A stretch of 64,000 bases of DNA from Bacillota bacterium. GTDB taxonomy: Bacteria; Bacillota; JAAYKD01. The notes under the pieces are model-generated. The model was not told the origin of the DNA and ran no database searches. It was given only the letters and a program-made list of their open reading frames with translations. This document shows positions 1-8,192 of the stretch, piece by piece. The DNA is taken from assembly GCA_963666425.2 (NCBI GenBank), contig OY762825.2, positions 1,536,001 through 1,600,000 of the forward strand. The letters are read 5' to 3'. Position numbers and translations under genes: made by a program. Numbering within the stretch: position 1 is the stretch's first letter; each line of letters starts with the position of its first letter.

Positions 1-1
1 T

Positions 2-373
2 GATGTTCTAATTACCGGCACCATCACCGGCGATGTCATCGGTGAATCTGTCACGCTGCAACACTGCAGTGTGCAAGGCAGTATCAATGCCGAAGCTTTC
101 ATACATATTGACAGCGAGTCAGTTGTGATGGGAAACATCACTTCTCAGGATTTAACGGTCGACGGTAAGGTAAAAGGGAACCTGGTGATTGATCAATCTG
201 CTGTCCTGCAAAAAAACTCTCTGATCATCGGCAATCTCACTGCTTTCGCCTTATCCATCGAAATGGGATCTGTGCTGTACGGTGAAGTAAAGATTCAGCA
301 GAACGCCGTACAAGCAATACCGGAAGAAGCAGAGGCTGTCTTTCAGAACGCCACCTCCCGCGTTGCCAGCTAA
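2..373 (+). CDS. Bactofilin / polymer-forming cytoskeletal protein (5'-partial)
   Basis: Frame is open from the window edge; repeated V/I-x-G-x-I/V-x-G beta-helix pattern (ITGTITGDVIG, VDGKVKGNL, LSIEMGSVLYGEV). Confidence 0.75.
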   Translation, partial: DVLITGTITGDVIGESVTLQHCSVQGSINAEAFIHIDSESVVMGNITSQDLTVDGKVKGNLVIDQSAVLQKNSLIIGNLTAFALSIEMGSVLYGEVKIQQNAVQAIPEEAEAVFQNATSRVAS

Positions 374-401
374 AAAGTCAGGAATTTAACTTCGTTATAG
401 A

Positions 402-439
402 AAAACCAGCTCATTACATAGCAATGAGCTGGTTTTTTT
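402..439. terminator. Bidirectional intrinsic terminator
   Basis: AAAAACCAGCTCATT...AATGAGCTGGTTTTTTT between convergent genes. Confidence 0.85.
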
Positions 440-442
440 CTT

Positions 443-955
443 CTAGAGCATGATTACTGTTTCGCTTAAAGCCTTACGCTGATGATGCGTGCTGGATGGC
501 ACAACACCGGCAGCAGGATACCCCAAGGGCAGCAAGCAGAACGGTTCGATCTCTTCCGGCAGACAGAACGCCGCCTTGACCGCTGCAGTATCAAACCAGC
601 AGACCCAGGTAGAGTCCAGGCCTAGCTCTTTTGCTTGCAGCATCATTTGGGTATTGACGATACTGACATCCATTTCCGTGGAATTGCGCTGGTTGAATGG
701 ATTGACCCAGCCTTCTTTCAAATCGCCGCAGACCAGCAGGACGAGCGGGGCGTTAAAAGCGCATCGGGCGATCGTGCGGATTTTCAGCAGTGCTTCTTGA
801 CTTTGCAGCACATAAATCCGCTGTGGCTGTAGGTTCTTCGCGGTTGGAGCGACCCGGCCGGCTTCCAGGATTTTTTCTAATTTATCCTGTTCTACCGGCT
901 GATCCGCAAATTTACGGACAGAATAACGTTCTTTGATTAATTGACTGAATTCCAT
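443..955 (-). CDS. Nitroreductase family protein
   Basis: RYSVRKF, APTAKNLQP and LGLDSTWV motifs; AAGGA RBS favours the ATG at 955 (ORF track starts at 964). Confidence 0.9.
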   Translation of the reverse strand: MEFSQLIKERYSVRKFADQPVEQDKLEKILEAGRVAPTAKNLQPQRIYVLQSQEALLKIRTIARCAFNAPLVLLVCGDLKEGWVNPFNQRNSTEMDVSIVNTQMMLQAKELGLDSTWVCWFDTAAVKAAFCLPEEIEPFCLLPLGYPAAGVVPSSTHHQRKALSETVIML

Positions 956-1196
956 TTTTTCCATCCTTTCTTGTCATCAAGAACAGCTTCATCGTCTCTT
1001 CGCAATACAGAAAAGCAATAAGCAAGGTAATTATTCCCAAACAAAGTGCGGCGTGTGAAAGAAAAGGATGATCAGGTTTTTTGCTTCAATCCTATCACAT
1101 TTCGCTTTTTGTCTGCAGAACAATCAATGTTTACCCTCTGATCAAAGGCTCGCCAAACCTTATGAATCGGTGAAATAGAAACATTATATACCAGCC

Positions 1197-1835
1197 ATTG
1201 TTTCGTTGTTCCGGTCGTTTCGTCGTTTCGCTGTTCCGTCGTTTCGCTGTTCCGTCGTTTCGTTGGTAAGTCGTTGTATCGTTTCGCTGTTTCATTGTTT
1301 CGTTGTTAAGTCGTCAAATCGTTTCGCTGTTTACCCATCATCGTGCAACGATCATGTTGCGTTACGGAACGGTCAAGACCGTTCCCTACCTTTGCCCCAT
1401 CGTTGCATCGTTTCGCTGCTTCATTGTTTCGTTGTTAGGTCGTTCAATCGTTTCGCTGTTTACCCATCATCGCGCAACAATCATGTTGCGTTACGGAACG
1501 GTCAAGACCGTTCCCTACCTTTGCCCCATCGTTGTATCGTTTCGCTGTTTCATTGTTTCGTTGGTAAATCGTCAAATCGTTTCGCTGTTTACCCATCGTT
1601 GTATCGTTTCGCTGTTTCATTGTTTCGTTGTTAGGCCGTCAAATCGTTTCGCTGTTTACCCATCATCGTGCAACGATCATGTTGCGTTACGGAACGGTCA
1701 AGACCGTTCCCTTTGCCCCATCGTTGTATCGTTTCGCTGTTTCGTTGTTCCGTTGTTAGGTCGTCAAATCGTTTCATTGCTTACCCATCATCGTGCAACG
1801 ATCATGTTGCGTTACGGAACGGTCAAGACCGTTCC
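1197..1835 (+). repeat. REP-containing tandem array, segment 1 (129-bp unit with 8-bp sub-repeats)
   Basis: Hairpin GGAACGGTC-AA-GACCGTTCC at 1366, 1495, 1691 and 1816; a second hairpin GCAAC-N6-GTTGC; linkers of degenerate 8-mers (TCGTTTCG, CTGTTTCA, TTGTTTCG). Confidence 0.95.
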
Positions 1836-1853
1836 CTCGTATATACTAGTAGT

Positions 1854-2070
1854 GCCAAGGTAACTCATTTACAGGGTACAGGAAGCGAGCCAAAGCCACT
1901 CTTTAGGTATCCAAGGGGTTTGCCCTTTGTGGTATAATTTTGTCAGGCAGAGGTCAACGTACTGTTCCCTGGGAATCGTTCCTGTGATGTAGAGTGTTGC
2001 CTCTGATCTGACAGAAATCTGCGTATTGGCTGGATAGGGTAAAATCCTTGTATTTCACGCGAGGTTGCAG
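1854..2070 (+). ncRNA. Predicted bridge RNA of IS110 copy 1 (target loop 1941-2013, donor loop 2019-2070; 5' end inferred)
   Basis: Nested stems TGTCAG/CTGACA, CAGAGG/CCTCTG, CAAC/GTTG and GGGAA/TTCCT enclose ACTGTTCCCT (1961-1970) and GATGTAG (1986-1992), which match the insertion sites. A second loop holds TGGCTGG and GCGAG, which match the end junction. Confidence 0.85.
1930..1938 (+). promoter_or_regulatory. Extended -10 (TGnTATAAT) inside the IS left end
   Basis: TGGTATAAT directly before the target-binding stem; no good -35. Confidence 0.4.
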
Positions 2071-2127
2071 CTGTCAGCGTCAGAGAGATCATCCTTTGCC
2101 GCATTCCAGTTTGAGGAGTTGCTGTAA

Positions 2128-3300
2128 ATGATTACTTTTGGCGTAGACATCGGTAAATTCCGTCACCAGGCGATCGCGGTGGACGCCAGTGGTCAAGCGC
2201 TGGCTCCCTCGTTTGCATTTGAAAATTCCGAAGAGGGCTTTCAATTGTTTTTGCAGAAGGTCGCTCTTTACCAAAAGCAAGATGCAATTTGCGTCGGCAT
2301 GGAAGCCACCGGTCATTACTGGCTGAATTTTTATTGTGTTTTACTCGATTTAGGAATTGAATTGCATGTGGTCAATCCCCTGCTCACCGACGCCATACGG
2401 CGCATGTCTGTCCGTAAAACCAAGACGGATACGGTGGATTGCGGTTATATCGCGGATGTGATCCGCATGGGACGTTATTCCGACGTAGCGGTACAAACGG
2501 AGGATGTCCAGAATTTACGCGAGTTATGCCGTTTCCGCTGTTCTCTGGTTGATGAGATTGCAAAGCACAAAAACCATGTAATTGGCGTGCTGGATCATCT
2601 TTTTCCGGAATATCACAAGCTTTTTTCAGATATTTTCGGTAAAACTTCGCTGGAGTTGCTCAGCAAGTATCCGTCACCGGATGCCATTCTGAAGCTCGGC
2701 ACAAAGCGGTTGGCTGATTTTTTAGCGAAGCATTCCCGCGGCAGTTTCGGTGAGGAAAAAGCGCTGGAGATCCGCAGCGCCTGCAAACACACAGTTGGGG
2801 TGAATAGAGCAAATGCTGCTCTATGCTTTGAATTACACCAAACCGTGGATCTGATTCAATTCATTGAAGAACAGATTGACGCAATTGAAAAAAAGATTGA
2901 GCAGATCTATTCCCAATGTGAATGCTATCTGGATACCATTATTGGTGTTGGAGTCACCTCGGCTGCGGTGATCTACTCGGAAATCGGCAATATTGATAAT
3001 TTCGAAAATCCGAAGAAACTGGCGGCATTTGCCGGTATTGACCCTTCGATTAAACAATCCGGTAATTTCACTTCAACGCACAACACGATGTCGAAGCGAG
3101 GCTCACCTTATCTGCGCAGAGCGCTCTGGAATGCCGCAACGGTTGCCGCGCAAAAAGATCCGGTCATGTCTGCTTTTTACCAGAAGAAACGCGACGAAGG
3201 AAAAGATTATATGACGGCAATTGGAGCTGTTACACATAAATTATGCAACATTGTTTTCGCTGTTTTAAGGGATAAAAAGCCTTATGTTCCCAGAATATAA
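2128..3300 (+). CDS. IS110-family DEDD transposase/recombinase
   Basis: GVDIGK, GMEATG and KTDTVD (DEDD tetrad); C-terminal Tnp20-type LAAFAGIDPSIKQSG...SKRGSPYLR. Confidence 0.97.
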   Translation: MITFGVDIGKFRHQAIAVDASGQALAPSFAFENSEEGFQLFLQKVALYQKQDAICVGMEATGHYWLNFYCVLLDLGIELHVVNPLLTDAIRRMSVRKTKTDTVDCGYIADVIRMGRYSDVAVQTEDVQNLRELCRFRCSLVDEIAKHKNHVIGVLDHLFPEYHKLFSDIFGKTSLELLSKYPSPDAILKLGTKRLADFLAKHSRGSFGEEKALEIRSACKHTVGVNRANAALCFELHQTVDLIQFIEEQIDAIEKKIEQIYSQCECYLDTIIGVGVTSAAVIYSEIGNIDNFENPKKLAAFAGIDPSIKQSGNFTSTHNTMSKRGSPYLRRALWNAATVAAQKDPVMSAFYQKKRDEGKDYMTAIGAVTHKLCNIVFAVLRDKKPYVPRI

Positions 3301-3335
3301 TTTTCGTTTTGCCACTTGACGTTTGATAGCTGGCT

Positions 3336-4106
3336 ACCTTTGTCCCATCGTTGTATCGTTTCGCTGTTTCATTGTTTCGGTGTTTCGTTGGTAAGTCGTT
3401 GTATCGTTTCGCTGTTTCATTGTTCTGTTCTTATGTCGTCAAATCGTTTCGTTGTTTACCCATCATCGTGCAACGACCATGTTGCGTTACGGAACGGTCA
3501 AGACCGTTCCCTACCTTTGCCCCATCGTTGTATCGTTTCGCTGTTTCATTGTTTCGCTGTTAGGTCGTCAAATCGTTTCGCTGTTTACCCATCATCGCGC
3601 AACAATCATGTTGCGTTACGGAACGGTCAAGACCGTTCCCTACCTTTGTCCCATCGTTGTATCGTTTCGCTGTTTCATTGTTCCGTTGTTAGGTCGTCAA
3701 ATCGTTTCATTGCTTACCCATCATCGTGCAACGACCATGTTGCGTTACGGAACGGTCAAGACCGTTCCCTACCTTTGCCCCATCGTTGCATCGTTTCGCT
3801 GTTTCATTGTTTCGTTGGTAAGTCGTTGTATCGTTTCGCTGTTTACCCATCATCGTGCAACGATCATGTTGCGTTACGGAACGGTCAAGACCGTTCCCTA
3901 CCTTTGCCCCATCGTTGTATCGTTTCGCTGTTTCATTGTTTCGTTGTTCCGTCGTTGCATCGTTTCGCTGTTCCGGTGTTTCGTTGGTAAGTCGTTGTAT
4001 CGTTTCGCTGTTTCATTGTTCCGTTGTTAGGTCGTCAAATCGTTTCATTGCTTACCCATCATCGTGCAACGACCATGTTGCGTTACGGAACGGTCAAGAC
4101 CGTTCC
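3336..4106 (+). repeat. REP-containing tandem array, segment 2
   Basis: Hairpins at 3491, 3620, 3749, 3878 and 4087 (spacings 129, 129, 129, 209). Confidence 0.95.
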
Positions 4107-4124
4107 CTCGTATATACTAGTAGT

Positions 4125-4341
4125 GCCAAGGTAACTCATTTACAGGGTACAGGAAGCGAGCCAAAGCCACTCTTTAGGTATCCAAGGGGTTTGCCCTTTG
4201 TGGTATAATTTTGTCAGGCAGAGGTCAACGTACTGTTCCCTGGGAATCGTTCCTGTGATGTAGAGTGTTGCCTCTGATCTGACAGAAATCTGCGTATTGG
4301 CTGGATAGGGTAAAATCCTTGTATTTCACGCGAGGTTGCAG
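4125..4341 (+). ncRNA. Predicted bridge RNA of IS110 copy 2
   Basis: Same sequence as copy 1. Confidence 0.85.
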
Positions 4342-4398
4342 CTGTCAGCGTCAGAGAGATCATCCTTTGCCGCATTCCAGTTTGAGGAGTTGCTGTAA

Positions 4399-5571
4399 AT
4401 GATTACTTTTGGCGTAGACATCGGTAAATTCCGTCACCAGGCGATCGCGGTGGACGCCAGTGGTCAAGCGCTGGCTCCCTCGTTTGCATTTGAAAATTCC
4501 GAAGAGGGCTTTCAATTGTTTTTGCAGAAGGTCGCTCTTTACCAAAAGCAAGATGCAATTTGCGTCGGCATGGAAGCCACCGGTCATTACTGGCTGAATT
4601 TTTATTGTGTTTTACTCGATTTAGGAATTGAATTGCATGTGGTCAATCCCCTGCTCACCGACGCCATACGGCGCATGTCTGTCCGTAAAACCAAGACGGA
4701 TACGGTGGATTGCGGTTATATCGCGGATGTGATCCGCATGGGACGTTATTCCGACGTAGCGGTACAAACGGAGGATGTCCAGAATTTACGCGAGTTATGC
4801 CGTTTCCGCTGTTCTCTGGTTGATGAGATTGCAAAGCACAAAAACCATGTAATTGGCGTGCTGGATCATCTTTTTCCGGAATATCACAAGCTTTTTTCAG
4901 ATATTTTCGGTAAAACTTCGCTGGAGTTGCTCAGCAAGTATCCGTCACCGGATGCCATTCTGAAGCTCGGCACAAAGCGGTTGGCTGATTTTTTAGCGAA
5001 GCATTCCCGCGGCAGTTTCGGTGAGGAAAAAGCGCTGGAGATCCGCAGCGCCTGCAAACACACAGTTGGGGTGAATAGAGCAAATGCTGCTCTATGCTTT
5101 GAATTACACCAAACCGTGGATCTGATTCAATTCATTGAAGAACAGATTGACGCAATTGAAAAAAAGATTGAGCAGATCTATTCCCAATGTGAATGCTATC
5201 TGGATACCATTATTGGTGTTGGAGTCACCTCGGCTGCGGTGATCTACTCGGAAATCGGCAATATTGATAATTTCGAAAATCCGAAGAAACTGGCGGCATT
5301 TGCCGGTATTGACCCTTCGATTAAACAATCCGGTAATTTCACTTCAACGCACAACACGATGTCGAAGCGAGGCTCACCTTATCTGCGCAGAGCGCTCTGG
5401 AATGCCGCAACGGTTGCCGCGCAAAAAGATCCGGTCATGTCTGCTTTTTACCAGAAGAAACGCGACGAAGGAAAAGATTATATGACGGCAATTGGAGCTG
5501 TTACACATAAATTATGCAACATTGTTTTCGCTGTTTTAAGGGATAAAAAGCCTTATGTTCCCAGAATATAA
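4399..5571 (+). CDS. IS110-family transposase/recombinase
   Basis: Protein identical to 2128..3300. Confidence 0.97.
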   Translation: MITFGVDIGKFRHQAIAVDASGQALAPSFAFENSEEGFQLFLQKVALYQKQDAICVGMEATGHYWLNFYCVLLDLGIELHVVNPLLTDAIRRMSVRKTKTDTVDCGYIADVIRMGRYSDVAVQTEDVQNLRELCRFRCSLVDEIAKHKNHVIGVLDHLFPEYHKLFSDIFGKTSLELLSKYPSPDAILKLGTKRLADFLAKHSRGSFGEEKALEIRSACKHTVGVNRANAALCFELHQTVDLIQFIEEQIDAIEKKIEQIYSQCECYLDTIIGVGVTSAAVIYSEIGNIDNFENPKKLAAFAGIDPSIKQSGNFTSTHNTMSKRGSPYLRRALWNAATVAAQKDPVMSAFYQKKRDEGKDYMTAIGAVTHKLCNIVFAVLRDKKPYVPRI

Positions 5572-5606
5572 TTTTCGTTTTGCCACTTGACGTTTGATAG
5601 CTGGCT

Positions 5607-5796
5607 ACCTTTGCCCCATCGTTGCATCGTTTCGCTGTTTCATTGTTTCGTTGGTAAGTCGTTGTATCGTTTCGCTGTTTCATTGTTCCGTTGTTAAGTC
5701 GTTGTATCGTTTCGCTGTTTCATTGTTTCGCTGTTAAGTCGTTGTATCGTTTCGCTGTTTACCCATCATCGTGCAACGATCATGTTGCGTTACGGA
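5607..5796 (+). repeat. REP-containing tandem array, terminal segment
   Basis: Same 8-mer linker and GCAAC hairpin; breaks off at GCGTTACGGA, just as the next REP hairpin would begin. Confidence 0.9.
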
Positions 5797-5860
5797 TTAG
5801 TAGATGCGGATCCAGCGTAATACCAGTCTTAGGCGTATTATCGCCAACGTACGGGCAGAT

Positions 5861-5884
5861 GTAGGGAACGGTCTTGACCGTTCC
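5861..5884 (+). repeat. Single GTAG-REP, inverted relative to the array
   Basis: GTAG-GGAACGGTC-TT-GACCGTTCC. Confidence 0.9.
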
Positions 5885-5992
5885 GCGTGACTCCATGATC
5901 CACACTCCCGTTTGACATTTACAAAAAAATAAGACAAGCGGAACAAATCCTGCTATAATAGGAAATGGAATAATTTGAAGGAGGATTCAACT

Positions 5993-6547
5993 ATGCAAAA
6001 ATACGCAATTCCTGCCGCTACCGTGTTAGCACCGGTGCCGGCTGTTTTGATTTCCAGCGGTGACTCACCGGAAAATTACAACATCGCTACCGCTTCCTGG
6101 ACCGGCACTGTCTGCAGTAAGCCACCGATGACCTACGTTTCCTTCCGACCGGCCACCCTCTCACAGGGTATCCTCTTACGTACAAGAGAATTCGTGATCA
6201 ATCTGATCACAGAGGACCAATGCGAAATGTTGGATTGGTGCGGCAGAGTCTCAGGCCGGGAACATAACAAATGGCAGGAGGCCGGTCTCACCCCGATCGC
6301 AGCCCAAAAAGTCAAGGCACCCTTAATTGCCGAATGCCCGGTCAATATTGAATGTAAAGTCACGCAAGTCTTAGAACTCGGTTCCCACTTTATGTATCTG
6401 GCGGAAATTGTCGCCGTCAATGCGGATGAAAAGTTTCAGCACGAGGGTAAATTGGATCTCAGCAACTTTAACACCATCGTCAACCGCGGCGGCTTTTATG
6501 TTCGTTTGGGTGAACCGATTGCCCGCATGGGTTTCTCTGTTTTGTAG
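5993..6547 (+). CDS. Flavin reductase family protein
   Basis: PVPAVLISS, EFVINL, APLIAECPVNIEC and GSHFMYLAEI; GAGGA RBS before the ATG at 5993. Confidence 0.9.
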   Translation: MQKYAIPAATVLAPVPAVLISSGDSPENYNIATASWTGTVCSKPPMTYVSFRPATLSQGILLRTREFVINLITEDQCEMLDWCGRVSGREHNKWQEAGLTPIAAQKVKAPLIAECPVNIECKVTQVLELGSHFMYLAEIVAVNADEKFQHEGKLDLSNFNTIVNRGGFYVRLGEPIARMGFSVL

Positions 6548-6582
6548 ACCTGCACGCGGAGAAATAAGCCTGATTTTTCAGC

Positions 6583-6617
6583 AAAAGCCATTGGTGTAAA
6601 AACCAATGGCTTTTTTT
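6583..6617. terminator. Bidirectional intrinsic terminator
   Basis: AAAAGCCATTGGT...ACCAATGGCTTTTTTT between convergent genes. Confidence 0.85.
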
Positions 6618-6624
6618 ATATCTG

Positions 6625-8067
6625 CTATTTGACTGCGGATGGTTTGATTCCTGCCGGAATGGGGCACTGATAACCCTCCGGACCAACCCGTTCAATTAGT
6701 TCAGCTTTGGCTTCCACTAATAACTGCGGCTGCAAAATCAAATCCAGACCGACACCAGCCATCGCCTTGGCAGCCGTCAGCATGCCATCGTGAGCCCAAT
6801 CTTCTTTGCCTTGGGCAACCTGCTGCCAGGAATGTCCCGGTGTATTCAGCGCGTAGCAGCTGCTGCGGCATTGAACCGTAGGAGTCAGCCAGGAAACGTC
6901 CGAAACATCGGTAGAACCGGAGGAAACTTTCTCGCTGGTCTGATAAGGCAGCAGTTTCGCCGAAATGGGATGAACCAATAATTCTGACGCCACTTTCTTG
7001 CCGGTGCGCTCACCAAACATGCCAATCAGAGTCTTCAGAGTACTGCCTTTTTCCTCTGTACTGAGCGATGCTTGGATTCCCTCGGCGTAAGCGATTTCCT
7101 GGGCGGTCGGCTTACGTTCCGGAATCAATTGTAAATTTTCATTCATTACTTTTTCCAATACTTCATTGGGAATCAGATTGGAACACGCCTTGTCAATCTG
7201 AATTTCCAGCTTGGTTTGAGTCATCAAAGCGGCGCCGCGAGCGATATCGCAGACACGCTCAAAAATATCCTGCACCAAGTTGTTCTTAGGAGCTCGGATT
7301 AAGTAGAGGACTTCGGCTAACGGCTGCACGACATTAGGGCTCTTGCCGCCCGCGTCGATCAAAGCGTAATGCACTCTGGCTTCGGAAATGATATGCTCCC
7401 TCAAATAATTGACGCCTACATTCATCAATTCTACGGCATCCAACGCGCTGCGGCCTAAATGCGGTGAAGCGCCGGCATGAGAAGCCCGACCGGTGAATTT
7501 GTAATAGACTTGGATATTCGCCAAAGAAGAACCGACAGAAGTTTGCGTCATTGCGCTGCCATGCCAAGTGATAGCGGCATCGATCGCATTGAAAACTCCC
7601 TCCCGCGCCATAAAGGCTTTACCGGACCCACCCTCTTCTCCCGGGCAGCCGAAATATTGGATGGTACAAGCAAGATGATTTTCTTTGACATAGTCGCGTA
7701 AAGCAACAGCGGCGGCCAAAGCGCCGGTACCCAGCAAATGATGACAGCAGCCATGCCCGTTTCCTCCGGGTTCAATGGCTTCCCGCTGGGCGCTGCCGGC
7801 TTTTTGGCTCAAACTGGAAAGCGCGTCGAATTCACCCAGGAAGCCAATCACCGGTTTCCCCTCACCCCAAGTGCCAACAAAGGCACAGGGAATGCGTGCT
7901 CCGAGATCCGTCACCGTAAAGTCCTCAGCTTTCAGTGCCTCAATTAAAGCAGCGGAAGATTTGTGTTCCTGAAAACGGGTTTCAGGAGTTACCCAAATCC
8001 GATCGCTTAAAGCAGACCATTGGTTTTTCTTCTGTTCGATGAGCTCAAATAAGTGTTGTTTCGACAT
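6625..8067 (-). CDS. M20 amidohydrolase, AbgB-like (aminobenzoyl-glutamate utilization protein B family)
   Basis: GFLGEFDAL, GHGCCHHLLG, PGEEGGSGK, GRSALDAVELM, GSTDVSDVSW and HSWQ; start taken at MSKQ on RBS spacing. Confidence 0.85.
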   Translation of the reverse strand: MSKQHLFELIEQKKNQWSALSDRIWVTPETRFQEHKSSAALIEALKAEDFTVTDLGARIPCAFVGTWGEGKPVIGFLGEFDALSSLSQKAGSAQREAIEPGGNGHGCCHHLLGTGALAAAVALRDYVKENHLACTIQYFGCPGEEGGSGKAFMAREGVFNAIDAAITWHGSAMTQTSVGSSLANIQVYYKFTGRASHAGASPHLGRSALDAVELMNVGVNYLREHIISEARVHYALIDAGGKSPNVVQPLAEVLYLIRAPKNNLVQDIFERVCDIARGAALMTQTKLEIQIDKACSNLIPNEVLEKVMNENLQLIPERKPTAQEIAYAEGIQASLSTEEKGSTLKTLIGMFGERTGKKVASELLVHPISAKLLPYQTSEKVSSGSTDVSDVSWLTPTVQCRSSCYALNTPGHSWQQVAQGKEDWAHDGMLTAAKAMAGVGLDLILQPQLLVEAKAELIERVGPEGYQCPIPAGIKPSAVK

Positions 8068-8158
8068 AAATTTCATCCTTTCCGATTTATCATTTCCAAC
8101 CGCCTTCTTGGCAGTCAGGGTAGCACCCATTTTTATGGCAATTATTAGAAAAAATCAC

Positions 8159-8186
8159 TTGCATTTCCCGGTGAATTCGCTATAAT
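8159..8186 (+). promoter_or_regulatory. Sigma-A-like promoter
   Basis: TTGCAT-N16-TATAAT. Confidence 0.65.
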
Positions 8187-8192
8187 AGAAGC

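Larger units (their letters stand above)
1836..3335 (+). mobile_element. IS110-family element, copy 1 (both CT cores included)
   Basis: Identity with the other three copies ends at CT on both sides; removing it restores ...GACCGTTCC-CT-ACCTTTG, the same as unoccupied array units. Long left end, 35-bp right end, no terminal IRs. Confidence 0.95.
4107..5606 (+). mobile_element. IS110-family element, copy 2
   Basis: Apparently identical to copy 1 (offset 2271); CT at both ends; inserted at the same position of a REP unit. Confidence 0.95.

Noticed and set aside
1886-1892. CGAGCCA is the reverse complement of the donor junction TGGCTCG, a possible extra guide
   Set aside because: Only 7 nt, outside the two clear loops, and changed to CGAGTCA in the relic; cannot be separated from chance.
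2089-3214. Short ORFs overlapping the transposase, repeated in all copies
   Set aside because: Antisense or alternate-frame shadows; their recurrence only reflects the copied IS.
1206-4208. Repetitive ORFs over the array (1206-1634, 1303-1863, 1668-1937, 3316-3990, 3452-4030, 3855-4208)
   Set aside because: They are open in several frames because the unit is 129 bp (43 codons) and A-poor; there is no RBS, 8-bp indels shift frames freely, and the composition is not protein-like.
1197-5796. CRISPR array (regularly spaced palindromic repeats)
   Set aside because: The sequences between hairpins are themselves near-identical repeats, not unique spacers, and no cas genes are in the window.
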